Translations under genes and position numbers: made by a program
Origin: Squalus acanthias
Lineage: Eukaryota
Direction: 5' to 3'
DNA: 64,000 nucleotides
NCBI GenBank assembly: GCA_030390025.1
Contig: CM059433.1
Location: forward strand, 7,442,001 to 7,506,000
Shown here: positions 1 through 13,520 of the stretch, piece after piece
Numbering within the stretch: the stretch's first letter is position 1
How the letters are laid out: every line of letters starts with the position of its first letter
Notes under the pieces: model-generated
Told to the model about the DNA's origin: nothing
Seen by the model: the letters and a program-made list of their open reading frames with translations, nothing else
Database searches by the model: none

Positions 1-905
1 TCATACCTATACAATTGGCTTTATTTAAGTTTAATACTCTAGTTTCGGACTTAAGTATTTCACTCTAAAACCCAATGTGAAACTCTATCATACTATGATC
101 AGTCTTCCCCAGAGGATCCTTTACAGTGAGATTACTAATTAACCCTATCTCATTACACAATACAAGAACTAAAATAGCCTGTTCCCTGGTCGGCTTCCAT
201 GATGTATTGTTCTAGGAAACTGTAACAAATGCATTCCATGATCTAATCCTCCAGACTACCTTTGCCAATTTGATTTGCCCAGTCTATATGAAGATTAAGG
301 TCCCCCACAATTATTGCATTACCTTTGTTACAAGCTCCTATTATTTGGTGATTAATACTCTGTCCAACAGTATAGCTACTGTTAGGTGGCCTAGAAACTA
401 CTTCCACCAGTGTTTTCTGCCCCATGTTATTTCTCATCTCCACCCATACTAATTCTACTTCCTGATCTTCCAAGCCAGATCCTTTCTCACTACTGTCCTT
501 ATGTTATCCTTTATTATCAGGGCTACCACCCCTCCTTTTCCATTCTGCCTCTCTCTCCAAAATGTCAAGTACCCTGGAATATTTAGATCCCAACCTTGGT
601 CACCTTGCAACCACATCTCTAATGGTTATTAGATCAAACCCATTTATCTCTATTTGTACCACTAATTCGGCTATCTTGTTATGAATGCTTCATGCATTCA
701 TATAAAGAGCCTTTCATTTTAACTTTTTACCATTATTCCCTTTTTTTCACCTTATTCGCTGAAGCACTATTACCGTCAAACTCTCTGTCCCTTCCTGTCA
801 CACTCTGCTTATCTTTACCCAAATCGCTAGACTGCTCCATTGCCTTGACTTTTCTCTTTAGATTTCTAAATGTCCCCTCCCCGCCCCTTTTTAGTTTAAA
901 GCCCT
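1..905 (-). mobile_element. CR1 LINE fragment (5' part of ORF2, AP-endonuclease), decayed
   Basis: ORF 243..473 contains VWVEMRNNMGQKTLV..RPPNS..IIVGDLNLHIDW, homologous to the CR1 APE domains elsewhere in the window. Confidence 0.85.
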
Positions 906-1409
906 ATAAATGGGTGGGTGGGTGGGGGGGGGGGGGGTAGGTAGAGGGGTCAGGTGATGGGAAATTTAAGTATGAAAAGGAACAGATTCTCCATCCCTAT
1001 CCAAATACTATTCCATACTGCATGATATGCAAGAAATGCAAGTCTACCCAAGACAAAAATCCAATGTCTGGTAAATTTAGCAAATGTCTTCCAGAACAGC
1101 ATCGAGGAAAACTAAATAAACGTATTAAACACATAGCAAATAAGGTGGAGCATTTGGTTCATCCTTGGATATGTATGTCAATCAGAGGCTCAATCACTAT
1201 TTAATGAACAGGGTTAGTACAATACTGGTGTAATATTCTCATAATCAACCAACCCCTGCCTTTTAAAAACAGCCACTGTTCCTATGATGACTAGGTCATG
1301 ATGTGAACTCACTCCTCCAAATATACACACTTGAATGCAAATCCAATTATCACTGCTCAGTGATGCAGTCATTTCAATCAACCATCAAGGGGATAAAATC
1401 CTTCAACTA

Positions 1410-4400
1410 AAGCTTGAGCACAGAGCTTGGAGATAGAGCTGGGTGCATCGCAATCGGAGTGGATCGCAATCAGAGTGGAAGGAATTTGGTGAGTCGGAAT
1501 TCGGTGGAGAGGAGGAAGGCGGTTTCCCACGTCCAACTCAGGAGGAGGAGTGAAGCCACAGAACCAGAGGACTCTAAGTTAAGTATCTAGATATCTAATA
1601 TTTAGGTTCTTTGTGTTTCATATCTCAGTGGTTCTTGTTAAACTTGAGTACGTATTTTTGTCTTTTTTCTTTCTTCTCTCTAAGTTAGGGCAGTGGGTTA
1701 AACTAAGAAGTTTAGTTCGTAGTCTAATAAACAGAGACATGGCAGGGCACCTCAGCATTGTCGAATGCACATCCTGTGCCATGTGGGAACTCCAGGATGC
1801 TTCTCGTGTCCGGGACAACCACGTGTGCAAGAAGTGTCATCAGCTGGAGGAGCTCGAGCTCCGGGTTTCAGAGCTTCAGCAGCAACTGGCATCTTTGCAG
1901 TGCATCCACGAGGATGAGAGCTACGTGGAAAGCACATTTCAGGAGCTGGTCACCCCAGAGCTTAAGAGTTTGCAGGCAGAAAGGGAATGTGTGACTGCCA
2001 GACAGACTAGGAGGACCAAGCACGTAGTCCAGGAGTCCCCTCACTCTCTAACCACTGGTGAGGACGATGGTTCCTCTGGGGAGTACAGCCACAGCAAAGG
2101 CCACGGCACCATGGGTGGCTCAGTTGTACTGGGCGGGGGAGGAGGAAGGTCAGGAAAGCAATAGTGATATGGGATTCAATAGTTAAGGGAACAGCCAGAA
2201 GTCGTGGTCCATATCGGTACCAATGACATAGGTAGAAAGAGGGATGAGGTCCTGCAGGCAGATTTTAGGGAGCTAGGAAAGAGATTAATAAACAGGACCT
2301 CAAAGTTAGTAATCTCCAGATTACTCCCGGTGCCACACGCTAGTGAGTGCAGAAAAAGGAGGATAGAGCACATCAATGCATAGCTGGAGAGATGGTGCAG
2401 GAGGGAGGGCTTTAGATTCCTGAGGCATTGGGACCAGTTCTGGGGGAGGGGGGACCTGTACAAGCTGGATGGGTTGCACCTCAACATGGCCAGGACCAAT
2501 ATCTTCATGGGGGGTTTTGCTGCTGCTGTTGGGGAGGGTTTAAACTAGCTTGGGGATGGGAACCTGAGCTTAGATTCAGAAGAGAGAAGCAAAGCTGGAA
2601 ATGGTATGCAGAAAATTAGTAAGTGAATTTGGAAGGGAGAGGAAACAAAGGCTAGAAAATAGACAACGAAGGGGCTTGGCAGTGCTTAATGGTATATACT
2701 TCAATGCAAGGAGTCTAGTGAATAAGGCAGATAAGCTGAGTGCACAGATAGACACATGGAAGTATGATATCATAGTTATTACTGAAACATGGCTGAAAGA
2801 AAGGCACGACTGGCAGCTCAACATTCCTGGTTACAGGGTTGTCAAACAAGATAGAGAGGGGGATAAAAAAGATGGGGGGGGTTCGCAATATTAGTTAAAG
2901 AAACAATTACAGCTGTGAAGAGGGATGATATGTTAGAAAGATCATCAAATGAGGCCATATGGGTTGAACTGAAGAACAATAAAGGGGCAATCACAATGCT
3001 GGAAGTGTACTATAGACCCCCAAATAGTCAGAGGGAGATAGAAGAACAAATATGTAAGCAAATTTCTGAGAAGTGCAAAAACAATATGGCAATAATAGTA
3101 GGGGATTTCAACTACCCTAATATTAACTGGGATAGAATCAGTGTAAAAGGTATAGAGGGAGCAGAATTCTTAAAATGCATTCAGGAGAACATTTTTAGCC
3201 AGTACGTAGCAAGCCCAACAAGAGAGGGTGCGGTTCTGGACTTGGTTTTAGGGAATCAAGCAGGGCAGGTGGAAGGGGGAGATCAGTGGGAGAGCATTTT
3301 GGTGGCAGTGATCATAATTCAGTTAGATTTAGCATAGTTATGAGAGAAGGCAAAGATAAACCAAGAGTAAAAGTTCTCAATTGGAGAAAGGACAATTTTA
3401 CTACGCTGAGATGTGATTTAGCAAAAGTGGACTGGAAACAGCTACTTGAAAGTAAATCAGTGTCAAAGCAGTGGGAGGCATTCAAGGAGGAGATAGATAG
3501 TGAGGGTTCAGAGCAAATATGTTCCCAAAAAGAAAAAGGGTGGGACTCCCAAATCTAGAGCCCCCTGGATGTCAAGGGATATACAGGGTAGGATAAGGTA
3601 AATAAGGGAAGCTTATGTCAGATACCGAGAGCTAAATACTGCAGAAAGCCTAGAGGAGTATAGAAAGTGCAGGGGTTAAATTGAAGGAAATTAGGGAAGC
3701 AAAGGGAGGGCATGCAAAAATATTGGCAAGCAAAATCAAGGAAAACCCAAAGATGATTTATAAATACATAAAGAACAAGAGGATAACTAAAGAAAGGGTA
3801 GGGCCTATTAGAGACCAAAGAGGTAACCTGTGTGTTGAGGCAGAAGACATGGGTATGGTTCTTAATGAATACTTTGCAGCTGTCTTCACAAAAGAGAGGG
3901 ACAATGCAGACATTGTAATTGAAGAGGAGGAGTGTAAAATATTAGAGGAGATAAACATAGTGAGAGAGGAAGTATTAAGGGGTTTAACATCTTTGAAAGT
4001 AGATTAATCGCCAGGCCCGGATGAAATGTATTTTAAGTTATTAAGAGAAGTAAGGGAGGCTCTGACCATCATTTTCCAATCCTCTCTGGCTACAGGTGTG
4101 GTATTGGAGGACTGCTAACTATGTACCATTGTTTTAAAAAAGGGAGAAAGGGATAGACCAAGTAATTACAGGCCAGTCAGCCTAACCTCGTTGGTGGGCA
4201 AATTATTGGAAAAAATTCTGAGGGACAGTATTAATCGTCATTTAGAAAGGTACGGATTAATCAAGGATAGTCAGCATGAATTTGTTAAGGATAGGTCGTG
4301 TTTAACTAACTTGATTGAGTTTTTTGAGGAGGTAACAAGGAGGGTCGATGAGGGTAGCACATTTGATGAGGTCTACATAGATTTTAGCAAAATTTTGACA

Positions 4401-5545
4401 AGGTCCCACATGGCAGTAGGTCAGAAAAGTAAAAGCCCATGGGATCCAAGGGAAAGTGTCAAGTTGGATCCAAAATTGGCTCAGTGGCAGGAAGCAAAGG
4501 ATAATGGTCGACGGGTGTTTTTGTGACTGGAAGGCTGTTTCCAGTGGGGTTCCACAGGGTTCAGTACTAGGTCCCTTGCTTTTTGTGGTATATATCAATG
4601 ATTTAGACTTCAATGTAGGGGGCATGATTAAGAAATTTACAGATGATACAAATATTGGCCATGTGGTTGATAGTGAGGAAGAAAGCTGTAGACTGCAGAA
4701 AGATATCAATGGACTGGTCAGGTGGGCAGAAAAGTGGCATATGGAATTCAATCCGGAGAAGTGTGAGGTAATGCATTTGGGGAGGGCTAACAAGGCAAGC
4801 GAATACACAATAAATGGTAGGATACGGAGAAGTGTAGAGGAACAGAAGGACTTTGGAGTGCATCCACAGATCCCTCAAGGTAACATGACAGGTAGATAAG
4901 GTGGTTAAGAAGGCATACAGGATACTTTCCTTTATTAGTCAAGGCATAGAATATAAGAGCAGGGAGGTTATGCTTGAACTGTAGAAGACACTAGTTAGGC
5001 CACAGCTAGAGTACTGCGTACAGTTCTGGTCACCACATTACTGGAAAGATGTGATTGCACTAGAGAGTGTACAGAGGAGATTTATGAGGATGTTGCCAGG
5101 ACTGGAGAATTTTAGCTATGAGGAAAGATTGGATAGGCTGGGGTTGTTTTCTTTGGAACAGAAGAGGCTGAGGGGAGACTTAATTAAGGTGTATACAATT
5201 ATGAGACACCTAAATAGAGTGGATAGGAAGGACCTATTTCCTCTAGCAGAGGTCAATAACCAAGGGGCATAGATTTAAAGTAACTGGTAGAAGGATTAGA
5301 GGGGAGTTGAGGAGAACATTTTTCACCCAGAGGGTGGTGGGGGTCTGGAACTCACTGCCTGAAAGGGTGGTAGAGGCAGAAACCCTCATCACATTTAAAA
5401 GGTACTGGGATTTGCACTTGAAGTGCTGTAACCTACAGGGCTACGGACCAAGAGCTAGAAAGTGGGATTAGGCTGGATAGCTCTTTTTCGGCCGGCAGAC
5501 ATGATGGGCCGAATTGCCTCCTTCTGTGCCGTAAATTTGTATAAT
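1410..5545 (+). mobile_element. Near full-length CR1 LINE (ORF1 zinc finger/coiled coil/SGNH esterase; ORF2 APE-RT), frameshifted
   Basis: ORF1 runs from ATG ~1739 (CxxC..CxxC plus heptad leucines, VVVHIGTND, DGLHLN) to ~2548. ORF2 pieces include YFNARSL, YRPPNS, GVPQGSVLGP, KFTDD and QRRF. CR1 3' UTR runs to ~5545. Confidence 0.93.
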
Positions 5546-5957
5546 AAGCGTTCTACCACTCAAATCTGCTTCTGATTTATGATCTTAAGAATCTGGCGAA
5601 GATATTTGCTCATTGACCTGGATAACACTAATTTTACAAAGGGACTTCGCTTAATGGATGATATTGAATATGATACACCATGGCTAAAAATTTCAATTTA
5701 TACTTAAGACAATAGACCAAATCAAATTGGCCATTTCTTCAGGTACTGAAAAGCATGGACTTTAGGTCGACGTTCTGTGCCATTTGGTTATCTTTACTTT
5801 TTATTCTACCTTGGAAGAATAACTCCAATTAGGCAATAATTTGTGAGTATACCATAAAAAAAGCAGCAGATAGCATCATTTAAACCTTGCCGTTCATTAA
5901 CTCACCGCTAATATTCTCGAAGCGATGAATAAATGATGTTTAAAAAGGCATGCCTAT

Positions 5958-6577
5958 TTCAGGAATTCAGGAGAAAGTTCTTTACTCAGAATGTGGAACT
6001 CACTACCAACTCACTACCACATGGAGTGTTTGAGGTGAATAGCATAGATGCATTTATGAGGAAGCTAGATAAGTACAGAAGGGAGAAAGGAATAGAAGGA
6101 TATAGAAGGTTAAGGGGTGATTTGTTGAATTTTTTAGCATTTTGAAAGAAATTGATAGGGTAGATAGAGAGAAACTATTTCCGCTGATGGGAGAGTCTAG
6201 GACAAGGGGACATAACCTTAAATTCAGAGCCAGGCCATTCGGGAGAAGTTAGGAAACACTCCTTCATGCAAAGTGTGGAACATTCTCCCACAAAAAACAG
6301 TAGATGCTAGCTTAATTAATCATTTTTAATCTGAGATTGATAAGATTTTTGCTAGCCAAGGATATTAAGAGATATGGAGCCAAGGCGGATATACTGAGTT
6401 AGGATACAGAACAGCCATGATCTCACTGAATGGCAAAACTGGCTCGAGGGGCTGAATGGCCTACTCCTGTTCCTATGATATGCTGATACGGTGAGATGAA
6501 GTAAGGTGGAAGGAGGCTCCTGTGGAGCATAAACACCAGCATAGACCCGTTTCTGTGCTGTAAAATTCTATGTAATT
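5958..6577 (+). mobile_element. CR1 3' end interrupted by a second CR1 3' fragment (6104-6476)
   Basis: The outer halves join to match the uninterrupted copy at ~27265-27520. The inner piece is flanked by GATAT at 6099-6103 and 6477-6481. Confidence 0.8.
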
Positions 6578-6845
6578 TCAAAATCCTGTAGCTCCAGCGC
6601 AAACATTTACTGATTCTTTTGAGATTTTTGACTAATTCTCCTGCACATAATGGGAAAAAGCAACAATGTGGAAAACAAAACTAGCATTCTAACCAGTCTT
6701 TTCACTCATAGGCCCCTGGATCTTTGCTACAAGGTACTAGTTAAAAAAAAACATTTTGTCATATATTTCACAAATCTTCAAATTGGAAACAATTAGGAGA
6801 TTTTTTTGTAAAGAGAGCTACAAAATAAAGAAACCAAAAACTTAC

Positions 6846-6920
6846 CCCTTTAACTCCTTTTAGATCTCCCTTCAGTAAGCTGTCCAGAGGAAAAGTGATG
6901 ATATTGTTCATATTCTGAAT
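6846..6920 (-). CDS. ASAP2: ASAP2 coding exon 4, 75 nt
   Basis: atacag|ATTCAGAAT...GTTAAAGGG|gtaag. Translates [25 protein letters not shown], also visible inside ORF 6768..6971. Confidence 0.97.
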
Positions 6921-8640
6921 CTGTATGGTGATAAATATCAATTTCATTTCTGATGTTAACAAACTCCACAATTATAGCAGTTATCAGCAAGCCCTTCTTG
7001 CATACTACCATTATGGAACATCCATGCAAATGATACAATGCCTCAGTAGTTGCGTAATGTAACCATGCTAATGAACCATTTTGGATGAATTTCTTGATTT
7101 GCAGAATTTAAAAAGAAAAATGTAGTTTCCTAGGAACGATTTGCACAATTTGAAGCTGTTCTTGTTAATTAGTTCTTTTTCTACTATTAAATGCATTTGG
7201 AAGTAATGACTTAAGGATTTGATGGGAGGTGAATGGAAGAATTGTAGACCAAAACAATTGTTTGAATTTCGTGGTGAACCCATGCACATTTGGAAAAAAA
7301 GCTTCCACTATCAAAGGGGGAAAAAAAATGGTTTGAGATGGATCCTTTCAGGGAAAAGGGTTTCTTTCATATTTCAACAATCTGGATTAAGTAAATTGTA
7401 CTTAGAATTTGAAAATGTTTGATGTGCAAGTATGTACAGTAGAAGGTTTGTTTTCGCTCCCTCACACACCCATACTCGCACCATATTCTGAGTCAAAGAG
7501 TTAAAAAAGCTACAACATACATGATAACTTAGGCATACCAGGTCTCCTGCCTCTTTCTGCTGCAGTTATGGCCGTGCGGCACCCAGACACAGGGGTGCCC
7601 CTAGAAAATGGCATGGAGTTTGCACCAAGATACCCAGAAGCAAGCTAAAAAGGATCAAACATCTCCTTGCACGGCACAGCAGTTTTTGGTGGCTGGAGGC
7701 CTTCTGGTTGCTGCTCTCTGACACCAGAGATGCATCCAGGCCATGTTAAAGATCTGGGACAGGAAATCCTGCTGCGTCTGGGCCTTGACAGGTTCCTGTC
7801 CAGCACTGAGGCAAAGGGGAAACCAGGAAAATCATCCCTTAAAGTCACGTAATCCACTTATTGCACAATTTTAAGAAATAATCCAGTGTTCCACACCACA
7901 GTAACATTCAGTTTGTGTGCAGAGTTTAGAGTTTACTTGGGAAAGGCATCAAGACTCAGTATTTCACCAAGAATTATTTACTGTGAGTTTAATGAGGCAC
8001 GTGTGGGGTGCTGCTAACTTAATTCCTGGTCAGACATCAAGTACTGCCTCCAAACACATACATGGTGTCACTTTCCTTAAGGTCTTTAAAAATTATAATG
8101 CTGAGAAAGATGGAATAAGATGTTTTTACCTAGTTACACCCTTTCTACCCACAGGGAATGCCTTTCTGTACATCCTTCACCCACAATCATATAAGGATCC
8201 ATTCCATAATTATCTCACCATTGTTTATCTCAAACGGGATCTGCAGTTACTACTGTGCCAGACTTATTTGTCCCATTACTCAGTCCCGAGAGCTGAAACC
8301 TACCTCCTGACATACAGCCGTAGAAGGTAAAATGGAATTGTGCCGGATCCAGCAATGGTGCTCACTGTAAGGCCTTGAAGATAATCTACTTGGACTCTGT
8401 GAATGTCTCCCTCACACTTAGAAAACCTGATGATGTCCATCACTTAGTTTTTTTACTCCTGATTTGTTAATTGATGGCTGCAGCTTTAAGTGCTAGAAAA
8501 TTATTTCCAGTGATCTTCTGTCACTAGAAGATTTAGTTCCACAATCTGGTTAACAACAATTGCAATATAAAATAGTTTCTTCGTGGGTTAGTCAGTGTCA
8601 GCTGGTGCCAATAAGAATACGAAGAGATATAAACAGGGAT

Positions 8641-8731
8641 TTCCAAACAGGAATCGCCATTTGACCTCAACACCAAAGCAGTACACACCACTGATTTTGT
8701 GTTGAAGTCGACTGGTGACTCCTGTTTGGAA
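8641..8731. repeat. Ungapped inverted repeat / hairpin (42-bp arms, 7-nt loop)
   Basis: 8641-8682 matches the reverse complement of 8690-8731 at 35 of 42 positions without gaps. Confidence 0.9.
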
Positions 8732-9169
8732 GCTACATTTTGGTCAGCTTAATACGGGTAAAAACAGAGCAGTTGGGGCTAGCACTTGCCTCATCATATG
8801 TTCTACAGTAGCTTTTTCCTTTATTTTCAGAGAAAAGCATAGTTGACAGGCTCTTCTGTACAGCTCATAAGACTTTCAATGCAGAGATATTTCCTGGGGA
8901 TATCATCAGTCGAGATCCTCACATAGTGAATCCATTATCCAATAATGAATAGTGCTTTGCTGGTCTTTCCAGTATGCAGTATGCACATAACCCAACAGCT
9001 GATTGCCTTGGGAACTTGAACGCACTGCTTTCCAAAATTCTGTTGTAATTATTTTATACATTCTATTTTGATCAAATATATACAGGACTACAGTATGCAT
9101 AATTATAACTGTCGAACAAGTCTACTTTCAAGAATTTAGATGCACAGGGATACAAGTTTACAGCCTTAC

Positions 9170-9315
9170 CAGATTTTTGAAAAGTGCAGTTAACTCTTTT
9201 GTGAAGACAGCAAACTTCAGAAAAGCTGTGCCTAGATCAGGATCATCACGGCAGACACAGTTACCGCCAAACTTCTCTAGTGCTTGTGTGTACTGTTCTT
9301 CATTTTCTACATGGC
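9170..9315 (-). CDS. ASAP2: ASAP2 coding exon 3, 146 nt
   Basis: ctttctgtgcag|GCCATGTAGAA...AAAAATCTG|gtaag. Translates (G)[48 protein letters not shown], near-identical to ASAP2. Phase is compatible with both neighbouring exons. Confidence 0.97.
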
Positions 9316-10248
9316 CTGCACAGAAAGAAAACTATTCACAAAACAGTAATTTCCATTCAGTCTGTGACATTGCAACAGTGACCCCAGCTACTTATTACTA
9401 AATCTGGGCAGTTCACCATTAAAACATGTAATTATCTTTAACAAAGTAATAGTCACATCAGTGGAACAGACATGAAGCTACAAAAATAAAATTATTGCAT
9501 TTCATTGCATCCAATCTGATGAAAATAAAAAAATCCCTGATCCCAAGTGCAGCTGCATTAAGTTCAAGACATGAGAAACCCAACAAAAACCACTATTAAC
9601 AAGGTATAAAATAAATGACAGTTCAATTAAAATCTCATTCCTTAATTTTGGCATTTCTATGAATGTAATTATCAATATTAAAAATCTTACATCTGTAGGC
9701 ACTTACGTCAATTTTGCATGTTCATATGTTCCGGTTAGCTTTTTCATTACAAATTCTTATTTCCACATTTGTAATGGAAACGGTCTATGAAAACTTGCCA
9801 CTCTGTAACTACCTCCTCTCCCCATGGAGGTGCTGCAGCAGGAGGATGCAATTACAGCTTAACAAGTTTAAATTTACAGTTTACACCATAAATGTGGACA
9901 TAGGAATTTATAATGGAATATAAAAATGACTTCAAAATGACAAATGCATTACATCCGCATGCCCTGGTCCAATTATCACCCACGCTCTAATACCACTTCT
10001 GGTCTAGATTCCCCGCGTGCAAAGCCATGGGAGAGCAACTAATGTAAAACCAATGATATTTCCTACAATCAGACAGTAAATTAAATTGCAATATCACTCC
10101 TTACCAAATCAAACAATTGCTACACAAGTAGATACCTATCAGTCTTAAATTCTGGTGTAAACATACAAACAAACCAATCTCTAATTAAGGGTAACAAATC
10201 ATTCTGGCCTTGAAATTACACCATGGGACAGAAGGATACAAATGCTCT

Positions 10249-11081
10249 GGGCTCGATTTTGTCAATGGGGACGTGATGGAGGCGGGACTCCCACTTTTTG
10301 GATTGTAGTCCCGCCTCTATCGATTTGTGGCCAACCCACGCTACTTTCCCTTGATTGACCTTGTTAAGCCCGCCCAGCGGGCTCAGCAGGCCAATTAAGT
10401 GACACCTGGATACTGGTGACGTCAGCGATTGACATTTCATCTGTCAAGAGCTTTTGACAGATGAAATATCAGCGTTTGACAGCTCTGTGAAGCTGTCAAA
10501 CACTGACAATATGATTTCTAACTTGAGTCCTTCTACTCAGACTCAGTTAGAGAGCTCTCCAGACCAGAAAGCACAGGCTGCAGCTTTTGACAGCTCAGCG
10601 GCCATTCTGCTTTCTGTGCCGGTGAGCTGAGGGACTCCCGAGAACTGAAGGGAGGAAGCCTGGAGGAGAAACTAAAGGTAAGTAAAACTTCTTAAAACAC
10701 TTTACACACACCAAACACACTTACCTCTGCACTCATGCACCCATCACTTACCTGTACACCGGACATCTCGACCCCTCCAAGCCCTGCAGACCGACGGTCC
10801 GCCTCGCTAACTTGGCGTGGTTTGGAGCCGTCGGGCAGCCCACACTTCAGGGCTAAAAATAGGGATTAGCCAAAAAACTGCCTGTTAACTACCTGTTAAC
10901 AGGCACTAATCCCCTTCCCGCCTCAGGGAGGCGGCTCCCAGCACAGGTCGGGTACCCGCCTCCTGGGACATTGGCATGGAGGTGGGTTGGGGGCGGGATG
11001 GGTACGTGCCCCCCGAATCTGCAATTTTCCCACCACTCCCGCCTCCAAACCTGCCTCCACGGGGCTTGGAAATTCGAGCCC
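10249..11081. mobile_element. Harbinger-type MITE family A
   Basis: TIRs GGGCTCGATTTT ... AAATTCGAGCCC, GC-rich subtermini, internal palindromes. Confidence 0.7.
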
Positions 11082-11470
11082 TTAGTGTTCATCTGAATTA
11101 TATATAGCAGGAGCTTTAACCCATTTGAATGACTTGTTGTGCACTGCTAGCATTTTATGTTTTTATTTCAGACTTCCATTTATTTTAAATGAGTTAACAG
11201 TTTGGCTAAATTAGTGGAGAGGAAATGTAAAAAAAAATTAAGTGTTCATATAGTAACATCCTATGGTGGAATTTCAAGGCCGTAACTTTTTGTAAAGGTC
11301 ATCTTCACACTTGGGTTTGTTACTGCATTGTAAGATACTCCAGACTGCACTATCCTTTATAATACGATGATTAACTGGTTGTGAATGTCTAGTATTTTCT
11401 ATTTCTATTTCAGACTTTCAGCATTCACAGTTCCTTTAATCTCAATTACAAATCATATTTACAAATCTAA

Positions 11471-11770
11471 GGGTTGTATTTTCCAAGCCCCGAGGAGGCG
11501 GGACAGCCGGTAAACTCGGAGAAAGTGCCCTTTTGCCAGGAGGTGGGAAGATGTGCAGCTTCGGGTCCCCGTCTCCTGGAGGCGGGAAAGGCATTTAATC
11601 CTTTTGACGTGATCTGTCAGTGACTTCCTCCCTAATTGGCCTGCTGAGCCCGCAGGGCGGGCTTAACAAGCTCAATCAGGGGAAAATCCCTCTGGTTGGT
11701 CAGGCGAGGATGGAGGCTGGACATTGACACGACAAGCAGCTGTCCCGCCTCCATTCACAAAATCCAGCCC
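11471..11770. mobile_element. Short MITE family A copy, inverted relative to 10249-11081
   Basis: TIRs GGGTTGTATTTT ... AAAATCCAGCCC with flanks TAA/CAA. Internal GCTGAGCCCGCAGGGCGGGCTTAACAAG is approximately the reverse complement of ~10360-10390. Confidence 0.7.
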
Positions 11771-12254
11771 CAAATGTCTATCTTCCTCAGCCCTACCAGC
11801 AATGGATTCACTGTGTTCCATACATCATCATCTTCTATATTTATAAATGTTCAATCCTGTTCTTTAATTGAGACAGTAACTACCAATGTTGGGACTTATC
11901 CACTACTCGAATCTTGCTAACATAACCTAAACAGAAATGATGCTTGCACAACACCCTCAAGGATACTACAACACACTACACTATGAAGTGAATGGATGCA
12001 GGGTTGCATCTGCAATTCCCCACTGAATTCCTGATTATAATCATCATGTACTGTTAACAGTTGTTATGTAAAGGCCCAGAGGCACATGCAGCAGTATTCA
12101 ACCAAGGGCCAACGGGGAGGTGGGCCACAAATGGCATTCAAGCATATTATGAATACCATTGTACTATATGGGAAAATTTCTAATCTCTCTTTTTACATAA
12201 ACCTGCTAATTTTGCACTTGTGTTCATTAGCCTTGCTGTCACAGAAAGAAAAAA

Positions 12255-12680
12255 ATAAACTGAATTTGTATAGTATCTTTCACATCCTCAGGATGTTTCA
12301 AAATGCTTCACAGACAATGAATGTGAAGTCGATTCAACGTTATTGTGTAGGCACTCCCAACAGCCAATTTGTGCACAGCAAAATACACATGGAGCAATAG
12401 GACAAATGGCCAGTTAATCGGCTTCTCGCTGTATTGGTTGTGGGCGAAATGTTAGACAGGACACTGGGAGAACGTCCCTACTCGTCTTCAAATAGTGAAC
12501 AAGTAGACGGGGCCTCAATTTTAACATCTAATCCAGAAGATGGCCCCTTTGACAATGTAGCATTTCCTCAGTACTGCATGGAGTCAGTATAGATTTTGTG
12601 ATCCAGTAACTGGAGTGAGGCTTGAACCCAGAATCATTTGATTCAGAGGTCAAGTGTGTTATGACTGAGCCAAACTGATA
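12255..12680 (-). mobile_element. tRNA-derived Deu-domain SINE (SacSINE1-like)
   Basis: Colinear with the copy at 20785-22740. tRNA-like head at the right end, L2-like tail at the left. Confidence 0.7.
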
Positions 12681-12744
12681 CTTGAATGAAAAAATGAGTG
12701 GGAAAAGGATGATGAATGGGTGATAGTAGCTCAGGGTTACAGTA

Positions 12745-13520
12745 TTAATATGGAAATACATGAAGTAATCAAAATAAAATCAAGGAACTAGAGAACACCA
12801 ATTAGAATGGAGGATATAATGTTGTAGCCTTGAAAGAAACCGCTTCAGCCAGGGCAAGTTGGAAATTAAATATTTCTGCTTATAAAATTTTCAGGAGAGG
12901 TAGAGAAGGAAAAAAGGGAGAAAGATGCACTTATTAATTAAGGTCATGATTACAGCAATAGAAAGGAGTTTTAATTGACAGTCGTACTCAGACGGTTCCT
13001 GTCTGGGTTAAGTTTAATCATAATAAAAGGGTCTGTTACCATATAGAGAATATACTATAGACTACCAAACAGCGGAAATGAAATGGAGGTTGAGATTTGT
13101 AGGCAATTTGGCGATGCTTTCAGTCATAACAGAGTTGTAATACTGGGGAACTTTAATTATCCCAAAATAGAATGGAATTAGGCAAAAGTTTGAGGTCAAA
13201 ATAGGGAAGAGTCCTTAGAATTCATCCACAACTGTTTTTTTTCAAATCAGCATTGCATGTCCAACCAAGAATGATGCAGTGTTAGATCTGGTTCTAAGTC
13301 GAGAAAGCAACCTGAAGATAGAGAGAATGTGTGAAAAAAAATTGGCAATAACCTCATTAGATTCACTTTGAAAACAGATGATGAAAAAGGGGAATCAAAG
13401 ATAAATTTGTTAGACTGGAAATTTCAGTGTGATGAATGCAATCTAGCCCAGAATAATTGGTTGGAAAAAATAGATCAAACAGCAGACCAGCAGTGGGTGA
13501 TTTTTCAGTGCAATATGGCT
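12745..13520 (+). mobile_element. Old, highly decayed CR1 ORF2 endonuclease fragment
   Basis: Residual motifs at DNA level (tactatagactaccaaac, ggggaactttaattatccc, ttagatctggttcta) parallel to the CR1 APE regions. Confidence 0.65.

Noticed and set aside
7645..8330. ORFs 7645..7857, 7667..7852 and 7917..8330 as genes
   Set aside because: No recognisable domain and no ASAP2 similarity; their lengths are compatible with chance.
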